DNA from: a virus
Strand: one strand, 5' to 3'
DNA: 64,000 nt
Virus record (IMG/VR): IMGVR_UViG_3300030380_006483
Positions 1 through 9,048 of the stretch are shown here, piece by piece (the stretch's first letter is position 1; the number at the start of each line of letters is the position of its first letter). Under the pieces are notes generated by a model that was not told the origin of the DNA, searched no databases, and worked only from the letters and a program-made list of their open reading frames with translations. The position numbers and the translations under genes were made by a program.

Positions 1-15
1 TTTAGATGGTGGAGA

Positions 16-453
16 ATGTATGATGTAAAAAAGAAACCATTAGCGGCATATTGTTCATTACGTGATCGTATAGCAAATGGTGATTATGATTTTTCCCATT
101 ATTGGTATCAGGCAGCGTGGGTAGAACATGATATAAATGACTTAGCAATTGAATGTAAAGATGATGCTGGATTATTCTCAGAAAAGGTTCAAGTGCTGAG
201 TGCGCGCCGTAAACGTTTATATGAGGATTATGAAAAAGATGAAAAATGGAAGTTAGATGATTTAGTTAAAGAATTTTCTCGTAATTTTTATATAACAAAA
301 GATGAAGCTATGTTGGAGATGGAAGAATTTGGTGGTACATTACTTGAGTTACATGATTATATTTCAACACATTCAAAATATAAATTAAAAGCAAATAAAT
401 CCCCCAGGGTAACATTTAAAAAAAGAGGTAGACCTAAAAAAATAGTAGCATGA
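16..453 (+). CDS. hypothetical phage protein
   Basis: 145-aa acidic ORF with basic C-terminal GRPKK tail; ATGA overlap with next ORF. Confidence 0.7.
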   Translation: MYDVKKKPLAAYCSLRDRIANGDYDFSHYWYQAAWVEHDINDLAIECKDDAGLFSEKVQVLSARRKRLYEDYEKDEKWKLDDLVKEFSRNFYITKDEAMLEMEEFGGTLLELHDYISTHSKYKLKANKSPRVTFKKRGRPKKIVA

Positions 454-614
454 AAATAAATAAACACCCCGATCCAAAAAAACATTTAATAGCATCACTT
501 ATAAAATCAGTAGTTAGACTACTTGGATATTTTGCTCTTTGGTATGATATTAGTATAGCAGCTACTTTACTAATTTTATCTGAAATGATAGGTATAGGTG
601 AAGAACTAGTTTAA
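450..614 (+). CDS. small membrane protein (54 aa)
   Basis: Not in ORF track; read manually as MKINKHPDPKKHLIASLIKSVVRLLGYFALWYDISIAATLLILSEMIGIGEELV*. Fills the gap exactly (ATGA overlap upstream, abuts next ATG). Confidence 0.7.
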   Translation: MKINKHPDPKKHLIASLIKSVVRLLGYFALWYDISIAATLLILSEMIGIGEELV

Positions 615-1178
615 ATGAATAAGATCATACATCCTTTTCAATTTCCTATATATAGTAAAAAATTATCAAGTTCTAATTTTTTAAAAATAAAAAATGATGT
701 AGATATATTTCTTCAAAATAATACTTTAACAACACCTATTAATTGGGATTGCAATACTTTAAGTAGTATAAATATCCCCCCAGATAAAAATATTAATAGC
801 CCTACTTTAATAAATGAAATTCATAAATCATCATTAGAGTATTATAAAACATGGGAATTTGAAAATAATTTTAATTTAACCCTTTATCATATGTGGGTTA
901 ATATAGCCTCCCCAGGAGATTATCAAGAAGTTCATCACCATATTCCTTCACTATTTAGTGGTGTTTTATATATAGATTGTTCTGAAAAAAGTGGAAATAT
1001 TTCTTTTAGAAATCCTTTAAAATCTGAATTTGGTTTAATGGGAATTGAAAAAAATATTACAATTACCCCTGAAATGGGATTATTAATTTTATTTCCTTCT
1101 TGGTTAGAACATTCTGTATTTGAAAATAAATCAAATAAAAATAGAATATCAGTTAGTTTTAATATAAATAAAAAATGA
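615..1178 (+). CDS. putative 2OG-Fe(II) oxygenase (TIGR02466-like)
   Basis: MWVNI..PGDYQEVHHH, FSGVLYI, LILFPSWLEHSV, RISVSFN pattern. Confidence 0.8.
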   Translation: MNKIIHPFQFPIYSKKLSSSNFLKIKNDVDIFLQNNTLTTPINWDCNTLSSINIPPDKNINSPTLINEIHKSSLEYYKTWEFENNFNLTLYHMWVNIASPGDYQEVHHHIPSLFSGVLYIDCSEKSGNISFRNPLKSEFGLMGIEKNITITPEMGLLILFPSWLEHSVFENKSNKNRISVSFNINKK

Positions 1179-1420
1179 AAAAAATACTTTATTTTACAGC
1201 AGCATGGTGTGGTCCATGCCAAGCATTAGGTCCTATAATGGATTCATTACAAGGACAAATCAACTTTGATAAAATCGATGTTGATTCAAACACTGAACTA
1301 TCAGCTCAATATGGAGTTAGAGGAGTTCCTTCATTAATTCTTTTAGAAAATGAAAAAGAAATTAATAGATTAGTAGGTGTACAATCAAAAGAGAATATAC
1401 TTAAATTTTATAATGGGTAA
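1175..1420 (+). CDS. trxA: thioredoxin
   Basis: WCGPC active site, KIDVD, YGVRGVP cis-Pro motif. Confidence 0.93.
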   Translation: MKKILYFTAAWCGPCQALGPIMDSLQGQINFDKIDVDSNTELSAQYGVRGVPSLILLENEKEINRLVGVQSKENILKFYNG

Positions 1421-2081
1421 TTTAGATAAAATTTTTAAAAGTATTTATGTTGAAAAAAAATGGGGTTATAAAGATAATGATGTTTTTTACTCTGGTATGG
1501 GGTCACATTATAAAGATCTAGTAAACCCATATATAAATTCTATTAAAAATTTTACTGAAAATTTTAAAGAAAAACTTAACGTAATTGATATAGGTTGTGG
1601 TGATTTTAATGTAGGTAAACAACTATTACCTTATTTTAATAATTATACTGCTGTAGACGTTGTAGATTCTTTAATTAAATATAATAAAAATAAATTTAAA
1701 AACTTAAATGTTAATTTTCAAACCCTAAATATAACTAATCAAACTATTCCCTTTACTGATGTAATTATATTAAAACAAGTTTTGCAACATCTATCAAATC
1801 AAGATATTTTTAATATTCTAAAAAATATATATTTAAAAAGCAAATACATAATTCTTACAGAAAGTATACCTTATGATTCTTTTACTCCAAATTTAGACAT
1901 TAAATCTGGAGTTAAAACAAGAGTTGCAGAAAATAATAGTGGAGTAGATATACTTTCTTTACCATTTAATTTCCCTATTCAAGAAAAATTTATTACATTA
2001 ACATTAGAAGAAATGATTGAATCAGGAGAGGATAAATTAAAATATTTAACACAAACAATAATATATAAGCAATATGAGTAA
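1413..2081 (+). CDS. class I SAM-dependent methyltransferase
   Basis: VIDIGCGDF motif I, VDVV, LKQVLQHL; start moved from track 1377 to ATG at 1413. Confidence 0.8.
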   Translation: MGNLDKIFKSIYVEKKWGYKDNDVFYSGMGSHYKDLVNPYINSIKNFTENFKEKLNVIDIGCGDFNVGKQLLPYFNNYTAVDVVDSLIKYNKNKFKNLNVNFQTLNITNQTIPFTDVIILKQVLQHLSNQDIFNILKNIYLKSKYIILTESIPYDSFTPNLDIKSGVKTRVAENNSGVDILSLPFNFPIQEKFITLTLEEMIESGEDKLKYLTQTIIYKQYE

Positions 2082-2538
2082 ATTTATATCAACAAAAATT
2101 TTTGATGGTTTTAGTTGTGTCTTTAGACAATGGAAAGCTGAAACTACACACTGTAGATACCTTCATGGTTATGGGGTATCATTTAAATTATGGTTCGAAG
2201 GTGAACTAGATGAAAGAAATTGGGTATGGGATTTCGGAGGAATGAAAAGAGCAAAAGGTCAAATAGATGGAATGTCTCCTAAAGCATGGATGGATAATAT
2301 GTTTGATCATACCTTCTTAGTAGCAGAAGATGATCCCTTTAAGGAATCATTTATAAGAATGGATGAAGCAGGAGTAGCTCAAGTCAGAATAGTACCAGCT
2401 ACTGGGGCAGAGAAGTTTGCCGAATTTATCTTTAATAAATTAAACCCATTTATCCAGGAAGAAACAGATGGTAGAGTAAAAGTAATAAAAGTAGAATTTA
2501 GAGAGCACGGAAAAAATAGTGCAATATATGAAGATTAG
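2074..2538 (+). CDS. queD: 6-carboxy-5,6,7,8-tetrahydropterin synthase
   Basis: HCRYLHGY, WVWDFG, FDH, EHGKNSA T-fold motifs; queC/queE/folE nearby. Confidence 0.88.
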   Translation: MSKFISTKIFDGFSCVFRQWKAETTHCRYLHGYGVSFKLWFEGELDERNWVWDFGGMKRAKGQIDGMSPKAWMDNMFDHTFLVAEDDPFKESFIRMDEAGVAQVRIVPATGAEKFAEFIFNKLNPFIQEETDGRVKVIKVEFREHGKNSAIYED

Positions 2539-3292
2539 TCACGAGGTACCTAAGGTTTTATTAAATAATAGTCGAGAATGGAATGATTATGATTATTGTT
2601 TACCTCATCTTTTAGATGAAGATGAACAATATAAAAATTTTTTCTATGAATCTAAAAAACAAGGTCGTTATATTATTATGGATAATTCACTTCATGAATT
2701 AGGTAAAGCATATAATCACGAAAGATTATTACACTGGATAACAGAATTACAACCAAATGAATTTATAGTACCTGATGTTTGGATGAAACAAGCCCAAACT
2801 TGTGCTCAGGCAAAATATTGGTTACAATTTAAATATCCTAAAAATACTAAAATAGTAGCTGTAGTACAAGGTGAAGATAAAGTTAAAGCACATTTATGTG
2901 CTAGTTTAATTAGAGATTTAGGATATAATAAACTTTGTATATCTTATGGTGCGGGTTGGTATGGTGATAATCCTTTAAATAAAGCCCTAGGTAGAATAAA
3001 TTTTGTTAAAGAGTTGTTAGAAGATAAAAGATATAAAGATACTAAATTTCATTTATTAGGTTGTGCTGTACCTCAAGAGTTTGGTTGGTATAGAAATGAA
3101 TCTCAAATAGAATCAATTGATACCTCAAACCCAATAATGGCAGCTTTAGAAGGAATTTCGTACACAAAAAGTGGTTTAATAGAAAAACCAAAAGCAAATA
3201 TGAATACTCATTTTGATATTGAACCTGAAAAAATTGATTATAATAAAATATTAAAAAACGTAAAAAGATTTAGAACAATAAATGGTTTATAA
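2528..3292 (+). CDS. TGT-fold (guanine transglycosylase-like) protein, candidate DpdA-type enzyme
   Basis: Ordered motifs IMDNS, AVVQG, FHLLGC, SIDTS parallel TGT DSG / VQG / HLLG / D-x-D; lies between queD and queC; no Zn-binding CxCxxC. Confidence 0.6.
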   Translation: MKISHEVPKVLLNNSREWNDYDYCLPHLLDEDEQYKNFFYESKKQGRYIIMDNSLHELGKAYNHERLLHWITELQPNEFIVPDVWMKQAQTCAQAKYWLQFKYPKNTKIVAVVQGEDKVKAHLCASLIRDLGYNKLCISYGAGWYGDNPLNKALGRINFVKELLEDKRYKDTKFHLLGCAVPQEFGWYRNESQIESIDTSNPIMAALEGISYTKSGLIEKPKANMNTHFDIEPEKIDYNKILKNVKRFRTINGL

Positions 3293-3480
3293 TGGCAGAA
3301 ATAATTAGACATATTAGTGGAATGTGTGGTGAACATTTTCACCCAAACATTTGGCACCTTTTATTAGGTGGGGTTGGAATAACAACTATTTTATCGTATA
3401 TTAGTTTATACTTAAAATGTAAATTTAAAGCGTTTGCCTATACGCTTAATAATACCTGGCAAAAATTTAAATTAAAATAG
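3292..3480 (+). CDS. small hypothetical membrane protein
   Basis: HISGMCGEHFHP N-terminus plus one hydrophobic segment; tiles between neighbours. Confidence 0.65.
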   Translation: MAEIIRHISGMCGEHFHPNIWHLLLGGVGITTILSYISLYLKCKFKAFAYTLNNTWQKFKLK

Positions 3481-3482
3481 AA

Positions 3483-4277
3483 ATGGCAAAAAATGTCGTA
3501 GTATCCTTATCTGGAGGGATGGATTCCTCAACTTTATTACTTAGATGTTTATCTGAGTATGATAACGTAACTGCTTTATCTTTTGATTATGGTCAAAAAC
3601 ATAGAGTAGAATTAGAAAGGGCTCAATCATTAATTAACTATGTTAATGAAAATGGGCAAAATGTAAATTACCAAGTTATTAAATTAGATGGTTTAGTTAA
3701 TTTATTAGAATCAAATTTAGTAGATGGGGGTGATGATGTACCTGAAGGACATTATGAAGAAGAAAATATGGTTGCAACTGTAGTACCTAATAGAAATAAA
3801 ATATTTGCTTCTATTACCCAAGCAGTAGCATTATCTATAGCAAATAAAACAGAAGAATCTTGTGATATTGCTTTAGGTATTCATGCTGGCGACCACGCAA
3901 TTTATCCTGATTGTAGACAAGAATTTAGAGATGCTGATGATGCAGCATTTAGAGTTGGTAATTGGAACTCAGAAACTGTGGGTTACTTTACACCGTATTT
4001 AGAAACAGATAAATTTGGAATACTACAAGATGGACAAATCCTTGTTAAGAACCTTGGAATTGATTTTAATGAAGTATATAGACGTACTAATACTTCTTAT
4101 AAACCTTTCCCTAGCGGTAATAGCGATTATAAATCAGCGAGTTCAGTGGAAAGGATTGAAGCATTCATTAAATTGGGTGTCAGTGACCCTGTACAATATG
4201 AGGACGAAACTGGGCCGGTAGATTATGAAGTTGCGAGAAAACATGTTGAAAAGTTATTAGCAGAATATTCGGAATAA
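3483..4277 (+). CDS. queC: 7-cyano-7-deazaguanine synthase
   Basis: SLSGGMDS PP-loop, FDYGQKH, VPNRN, YPDCR; C-terminal Zn cysteines absent. Confidence 0.92.
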   Translation: MAKNVVVSLSGGMDSSTLLLRCLSEYDNVTALSFDYGQKHRVELERAQSLINYVNENGQNVNYQVIKLDGLVNLLESNLVDGGDDVPEGHYEEENMVATVVPNRNKIFASITQAVALSIANKTEESCDIALGIHAGDHAIYPDCRQEFRDADDAAFRVGNWNSETVGYFTPYLETDKFGILQDGQILVKNLGIDFNEVYRRTNTSYKPFPSGNSDYKSASSVERIEAFIKLGVSDPVQYEDETGPVDYEVARKHVEKLLAEYSE

Positions 4278-4313
4278 TAATATTTATGGGTTATAAAATT
4301 AGAAAGTAAAAAA

Positions 4314-4457
4314 ATGCCAAAAATAAGTAAAGAAACAGGTAACCCACAAGTTAATACAGCTCGTGATAGTTTTAATAATAATGTACAAAAATTAAGTTTA
4401 TTAGGGAAAACTAAAAAGGTGCAATGGGGTGATATGAGAAGATATCGCACCATTTAA
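4314..4457 (+). CDS. small basic hypothetical protein (47 aa)
   Basis: Read manually: MPKISKETGNPQVNTARDSFNNNVQKLSLLGKTKKVQWGDMRRYRTI*; ATATTTAT motif at 4280-4287 upstream. Confidence 0.55.
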   Translation: MPKISKETGNPQVNTARDSFNNNVQKLSLLGKTKKVQWGDMRRYRTI

Positions 4458-4461
4458 AAAT

Positions 4462-4534
4462 TGCGGGGTGGAGCAGAAGGTAGCTCGCTGGGCTCATAAC
4501 CCAGAGGTCAGAGGTTCGAATCCTCTCCCCGCCA
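4462..4534 (+). tRNA. tRNA-Met(CAT), initiator (fMet) type
   Basis: Cloverleaf near-identical to bacterial tRNA-fMet; anticodon CAT 4495-4497; GGG/CCC anticodon stem; 1:72 mismatch; TTCGAAT T-loop; followed by CTA, so no encoded CCA. Confidence 0.95.
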
Positions 4535-4541
4535 CTATTTT

Positions 4542-5060
4542 ATGGAAACAATAAATTTATTTCCCCAAATTTTAAAATCATTTAAGTATTCTAATAATAC
4601 TAATTTTCTTTTAGAAGAAATAAATAAAATTAAAGCTTTATATCCAAATAAAGCTCCTTCTTTATTTAAAGATGCAATTTATACTTCTCCAAATTTTCTT
4701 TTTCAAAGTTATAAAAATTTTAAATTTTTAGAAAATGATATAAAATCATTAGTTTTAAAAAATTATAATAAAAATTGTAAAATTACTGATTCTTGGATTA
4801 ATATATATTATAAACATGGGTATAATGATTTCCATAACCATTTTAAAAATGATCTAGCAGGGGTATTATATTTAAAGGTTCCAAAATCTCATCCTGGGAT
4901 TAATTTTCATAATAAACATAACCCTATTCAAATATTTAATTATAAACCTCCCTCTAATACAATAATCTTCTTTGATGGTGATCAATATCACAGTTCTTTT
5001 CCTAACCCTGAAAATACTGAAAAAATAATTATAGCGTTTAATATATCTTTTAAAGATTAA
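4542..5060 (+). CDS. putative 2OG-Fe(II) oxygenase
   Basis: SWINIY..HGYNDFHNH, LAGVLYL, IIFFDG..HSS, KIIIAFN. Confidence 0.72.
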   Translation: METINLFPQILKSFKYSNNTNFLLEEINKIKALYPNKAPSLFKDAIYTSPNFLFQSYKNFKFLENDIKSLVLKNYNKNCKITDSWINIYYKHGYNDFHNHFKNDLAGVLYLKVPKSHPGINFHNKHNPIQIFNYKPPSNTIIFFDGDQYHSSFPNPENTEKIIIAFNISFKD

Positions 5061-5083
5061 TATATTTAAACAAAAAGTTTACA

Positions 5084-5091
5084 ATATTTAT
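5084..5091 (+). promoter_or_regulatory. ATATTTAT motif (candidate late promoter) upstream of tail fibre
   Basis: The same octamer occurs in about ten intergenic gaps of this window; AT-only, so chance hits are expected. Confidence 0.45.
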
Positions 5092-5112
5092 AGATATAAA
5101 TTTATATATTAG

Positions 5113-6948
5113 ATGGCTACATTAACCAATAGGACTATAAGATCGACTTACGATCAACTTTTACAACTAGAAGATAATTTAATTCAAGACGGTTTTGGAA
5201 CTCATTCTTTAAGTGGTTCCTATAATCTTACTGGAAGTCAATTTATATCTGGTAATCTTCATATTAATGGTACAGCTTCTATTGATTATTTAGTTTCTTC
5301 TTATGAATCATCATCTATTATTTTTAGTTCAGGTTCAACAAAATTCGGAGATGACACTTCAGATACCCATGAATTTACGGGAAGTGTTCTAATAAGTGGT
5401 TCCGCTTTTAGTACAAATTGGAGTGGATCCTTTACTGGTTCATTTATTGGTTTAGCAGATTCTTCATCTAATGCGACAAGAGCAGTTACTGCTTCACAAG
5501 CTGATAGAGCTACAACATCTTCCCTTGCTAATAAGGCCTCTAATCTACAAATAGTTGGAGAAGATTCAAGTGCAGCCACTCATTATGTTCTTTTTGGCCC
5601 TAACTCATCAGGAGAATCTGATGTTAATGCAGATGGTAATTTAAATTATGTACCCAATACTGAAACTTTAACAGTTACTAAAGTAATAGGTAATTTAGAA
5701 GGAACAGCATCAAATGCTGATACAGCATCTGTATTATTAGGTTCTGTAATTTCGGCTTCTCATTGTGAGACCGCTTCACTAGCAATTTCAACATCAGTAG
5801 TTAATGTTACTTCAACTTCATTTGCAAACAGTGGTGATGGTCCATTTACTGGTTCATTTTCATCCAGTTTACCTTCATTATTATCCGGTTCATTTACAGG
5901 TTCCTTTACTGGCTCATTAGTTGGTAATACATCAGTTAGTAACATACTACAAACTGGTACTACTCAAACAACGGGATCTAATACTATTTCTGGGTCATTA
6001 ACAATAACAGGAAGTTCAACTTTAGCAGTAAGAATAACTGGTAGTACAGCTTTAACAGGAAGTCTATTACAAAGTGGCAGTATTGTATCAACTGGAAGTT
6101 TATTACAAAAAGGTAGTACACAAATTTCAGGTTCTACTCTTTTATCAGGTTCATTACTTTTAACAGGTAGTAGTACCCTGGCATTAAGAGTTAGCGGTAG
6201 TACAGCTTTAACGGGTAGCTTACTACATAGTGGTAGTACAGCCCTAACGGGGAGTTTATTACAAAGTGGTAGTATTGCATTAACTGGAAGTTTATTACAG
6301 ATTGGTACTACACAAACTACTGGATCTAATATTATATCTGGATCATTATTAATAACAGGTAGTTCTGCAATAGGACTTAGAATGTCTGGAAGTACGGCAT
6401 TAACGGGTAGTGTTTTCCAAACAGGATCACTTAATGTAACTGGTAGTACTAATTTATCTGGATCTTTAGTAATAGTAGGAAATATTAATACGGGACAGGG
6501 TGTTACAGAAGTATATTTACAAAACCAAAATTTAAGAACAGCTGATTCAGTACAATTTAATGGACTAGGAGTTGGAACAGCACCATCAGGAGTAGCAGGA
6601 GCTATTTTAGCTACTAATGATGTTGTAGCATTTGCTTCTTCAGATGAAAGATTAAAGGAAAATCTAGAACCAATTGGAAGTGCTACAGAAAAAATAGGAC
6701 AATTAACTGGTTATACATTTGATTGGATTCCAATGGAAGGAATTCATGTACATTCAGGACATGATGTTGGAATTATTGCTCAAGAAGTAGAAAAGGTACT
6801 TCCTGAAGTTGTAGAAACAAGAAAAAATGGTTATAAAGCTGTTAAATATGAAAAACTTACAGCATTACTTATACAAGCCCTTAACGAACAACAAAAAGAA
6901 ATTGATAACCTTAAAAGTAAGGTTGGATCGTTAGAAAATCGTTTGTAA
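5113..6948 (+). CDS. tail fibre/virion structural protein with C-terminal intramolecular chaperone (peptidase S74-like)
   Basis: Ser/Gly/Thr-rich beta-repeat body; SSDERLKEN..FDW..HDVGIIAQEVEKVLPEVV..V.YEKLTALLIQAL plus terminal coiled coil. Confidence 0.88.
   Translation: MATLTNRTIRSTYDQLLQLEDNLIQDGFGTHSLSGSYNLTGSQFISGNLHINGTASIDYLVSSYESSSIIFSSGSTKFGDDTSDTHEFTGSVLISGSAFSTNWSGSFTGSFIGLADSSSNATRAVTASQADRATTSSLANKASNLQIVGEDSSAATHYVLFGPNSSGESDVNADGNLNYVPNTETLTVTKVIGNLEGTASNADTASVLLGSVISASHCETASLAISTSVVNVTSTSFANSGDGPFTGSFSSSLPSLLSGSFTGSFTGSLVGNTSVSNILQTGTTQTTGSNTISGSLTITGSSTLAVRITGSTALTGSLLQSGSIVSTGSLLQKGSTQISGSTLLSGSLLLTGSSTLALRVSGSTALTGSLLHSGSTALTGSLLQSGSIALTGSLLQIGTTQTTGSNIISGSLLITGSSAIGLRMSGSTALTGSVFQTGSLNVTGSTNLSGSLVIVGNINTGQGVTEVYLQNQNLRTADSVQFNGLGVGTAPSGVAGAILATNDVVAFASSDERLKENLEPIGSATEKIGQLTGYTFDWIPMEGIHVHSGHDVGIIAQEVEKVLPEVVETRKNGYKAVKYEKLTALLIQALNEQQKEIDNLKSKVGSLENRL
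5956..6480 (+). repeat. nested intragenic repeat: 6-aa GSxxxT units in three 52-64-aa super-repeats
   Basis: GTTQTTGSNxISGSL at 5956 and 6304 (348-nt offset); GSTALTGSL recurs four or more times; ggtagtacagctttaac repeated at DNA level. Confidence 0.85.
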
Positions 6949-6958
6949 ATTACCTTTA

Positions 6959-8068
6959 ATGAGTTATAATATTTTAGGAATTAACAGCAGTCATAATGGC
7001 TCAGTTTGTGTTTTATGTGATGGGGAAATTGATTTTTTTGTAGAAGAAGAAAGATTTTCTAGAAATAAACATGAAGATACACCTGTAGAAATTTTAAAAT
7101 ATGTTGCTTCTAAATATAAAATTGATGAAATTGCTATTGGTGGTTTAGAAATTCTTTTTGAAGCAAATGCTTCAAAAATTTATCAAAATTATTTAAAACT
7201 TTTATTCAAAAATACTCCACTTACTAATTTATTAGGATCCCATCATCTTTGCCATGCTTTTTCTAGCTTTAGCAGTTCAGGTTTTAATAAAGCTTTATGT
7301 GTAGTTATAGATGGGTCTGGAAGTTTATTATATAGAAAAGAGGATGAAAAATTAATAGGAGTAGAAACTGAAAGTATTTTTACTTTTAAATATCCTACAA
7401 ATATAAGCACTATATATAAATCTTATAAAACTTTTAATCCTAATGATGATAAAAGTACAGATAGTAAATTAATGAATTTTAATATTACTTTAGGAAAATT
7501 ATATGAAAGTATTACTACTAAATTATTTGGACATTGGGTGTATGCCGGTAAGACTATGGGTTTATCTTCTTATGGAAAATATGACAAAAATATTCCTTCA
7601 TTAATAATAAACCAAAGAGCTAATCCTAAATTTTTAGCAGGAAAAACTACAACTAATATTAAAATGGATCTTAATGATGTTGAAGGTACCATAAATACAA
7701 AGTATGATTATTTATTTAAAGAAGAATTAAAGTCTAATATATGTTATCATTTACAAAATGAGATACAAGAAGTTGTAGGAGATATAATAGAAAAATATGT
7801 AAAAAAAACAGGATTAAAAAAAGTTTGTGGCTCCGGAGGTTATTTTTTAAACTGTGTATCAAACTATTATTTAAAAAAAAGATTTCCTGATATAGATTTT
7901 TATTTTGACCCAATATCAAATGATGCAGGTATAGCATTAGGTGCTGCTAAATTATTGTGGCATATGAGAAAAAATGATACAACCATAAGACCTCAAAAAA
8001 CATTATATAATGGGCCAAAATATACTAATAAAGAAATTTATAAAAAAATTCAAGAATATTTGGATTAG
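6959..8068 (+). CDS. carbamoyltransferase N-terminal (Kae1-like) domain only, paralog 1
   Basis: EEERFSR, HHLCHA, VIDGSG, GKTMGLSSYG, GGYFLNC, NDAG; stops at the interdomain linker. Confidence 0.88.
   Translation: MSYNILGINSSHNGSVCVLCDGEIDFFVEEERFSRNKHEDTPVEILKYVASKYKIDEIAIGGLEILFEANASKIYQNYLKLLFKNTPLTNLLGSHHLCHAFSSFSSSGFNKALCVVIDGSGSLLYRKEDEKLIGVETESIFTFKYPTNISTIYKSYKTFNPNDDKSTDSKLMNFNITLGKLYESITTKLFGHWVYAGKTMGLSSYGKYDKNIPSLIINQRANPKFLAGKTTTNIKMDLNDVEGTINTKYDYLFKEELKSNICYHLQNEIQEVVGDIIEKYVKKTGLKKVCGSGGYFLNCVSNYYLKKRFPDIDFYFDPISNDAGIALGAAKLLWHMRKNDTTIRPQKTLYNGPKYTNKEIYKKIQEYLD
7835..7917 (+). repeat. 83-bp direct repeat shared with 10991-11073 (one mismatch)
   Basis: ggaggttattttttaaactgtgtatcaaac...tattttgacccaatatc is identical except gatttt/gatttc. 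Confidence 0.9.
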
Positions 8069-8079
8069 TTATATAGTTA

Positions 8080-8105
8080 TATTATATTGGGACTAATATT
8101 AGTCC
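8080..8105. promoter_or_regulatory. TATTATATT motif followed by perfect 16-bp palindrome GGACTAATATTAGTCC upstream of queE
   Basis: Palindrome at 8090-8105 read directly; TATTATATT also at 14560 and 27552 upstream of nucleotide/replication genes. Confidence 0.5.
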
Positions 8106-8139
8106 AAGTGACAGTAAAACCACTATAAAAAATTAACAT

Positions 8140-8913
8140 ATGCTTAAAAGAATAGACGATTATTCTAAACGTCTCCCAGTATTAGAATTATACACAGCAG
8201 TACAATCGGAGGGATCCAGACAAGGATATCCTACTATTGTAGTTAGAACAACAGGCTGTACACACAGATGTTATTTTGGAGAAGGTGGATGGTGTGATAG
8301 CTGGTATACATCAATACATCCTGAAAAAGGAAAATATAATTTTCAAGATATTATTGATATGTACGATAAACATCCCCATATAAAGGAGATGATGTTAACA
8401 GGAGGATCACCAACAATGCATCCTGCTTTAGTAAATGAATTAACACACCTAGCAAATGAAAGAAATATTTTCATTACCATCGAAACTGAGGGATCTCATT
8501 TCCTTCCCACTGACTTTCCTATTGGTCTCCTTAGTATTAGCCCTAAATTCAGTAATTCAGTTCCTACTCTCGGTGCTACAACTCCTCAAGGACATACTGT
8601 GGAGCAGAAGATGATTGATAGACATAACAAGTATAGATTAAATAAAGAAGCTATAAAAAAGTCTATTGAATATCATAATGATTACCATATTAAACCCGTA
8701 TTAGATAAAGATTTAACTATGGTAGGTGAAGTAGAAGAATTCATTAAAGAACTAGACATTCCAGATCATAAAATTTGGGCAATGCCAGCAGGTGATGATA
8801 GGGAATCATTATTTGAAAGTTATGGTCCTGTAATGAACTTTGTAAGGGATAGAGGTTGGAGATATACCGGTAGATCCCATATAATGGCCTTTGATACAGA
8901 AAGAGAGGTTTAA
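8140..8913 (+). CDS. queE: 7-carboxy-7-deazaguanine synthase (radical SAM)
   Basis: SEGSRQG.PTIVVRTTGCTHRC(x7)CDS, MLTGGSP, TIETEG, LSISPK. Confidence 0.9.
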   Translation: MLKRIDDYSKRLPVLELYTAVQSEGSRQGYPTIVVRTTGCTHRCYFGEGGWCDSWYTSIHPEKGKYNFQDIIDMYDKHPHIKEMMLTGGSPTMHPALVNELTHLANERNIFITIETEGSHFLPTDFPIGLLSISPKFSNSVPTLGATTPQGHTVEQKMIDRHNKYRLNKEAIKKSIEYHNDYHIKPVLDKDLTMVGEVEEFIKELDIPDHKIWAMPAGDDRESLFESYGPVMNFVRDRGWRYTGRSHIMAFDTEREV

Positions 8914-9048
8914 ATGGATAAGGAAGAAGCACTCCAAATTTTAGAAGAAATAAAAGAAAATGTAAATGTCTGCTGTGCCGTTACTATGGAACCAGAAGAT
9001 GTATTAGAATTAATAGATAAATTAGAAAGTTATATAAATGAACAATAG
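8914..9048 (+). CDS. small acidic hypothetical protein (44 aa)
   Basis: Read manually: MDKEEALQILEEIKENVNVCCAVTMEPEDVLELIDKLESYINEQ*; fills the queE-folE gap. Confidence 0.65.
   Translation: MDKEEALQILEEIKENVNVCCAVTMEPEDVLELIDKLESYINEQ

Noticed and set aside
5956-6480. Diversity-generating retroelement or minisatellite in the tail fibre
   Set aside because: Repeats are degenerate in-frame protein repeats; no reverse transcriptase or adenine-specific TR/VR pair seen
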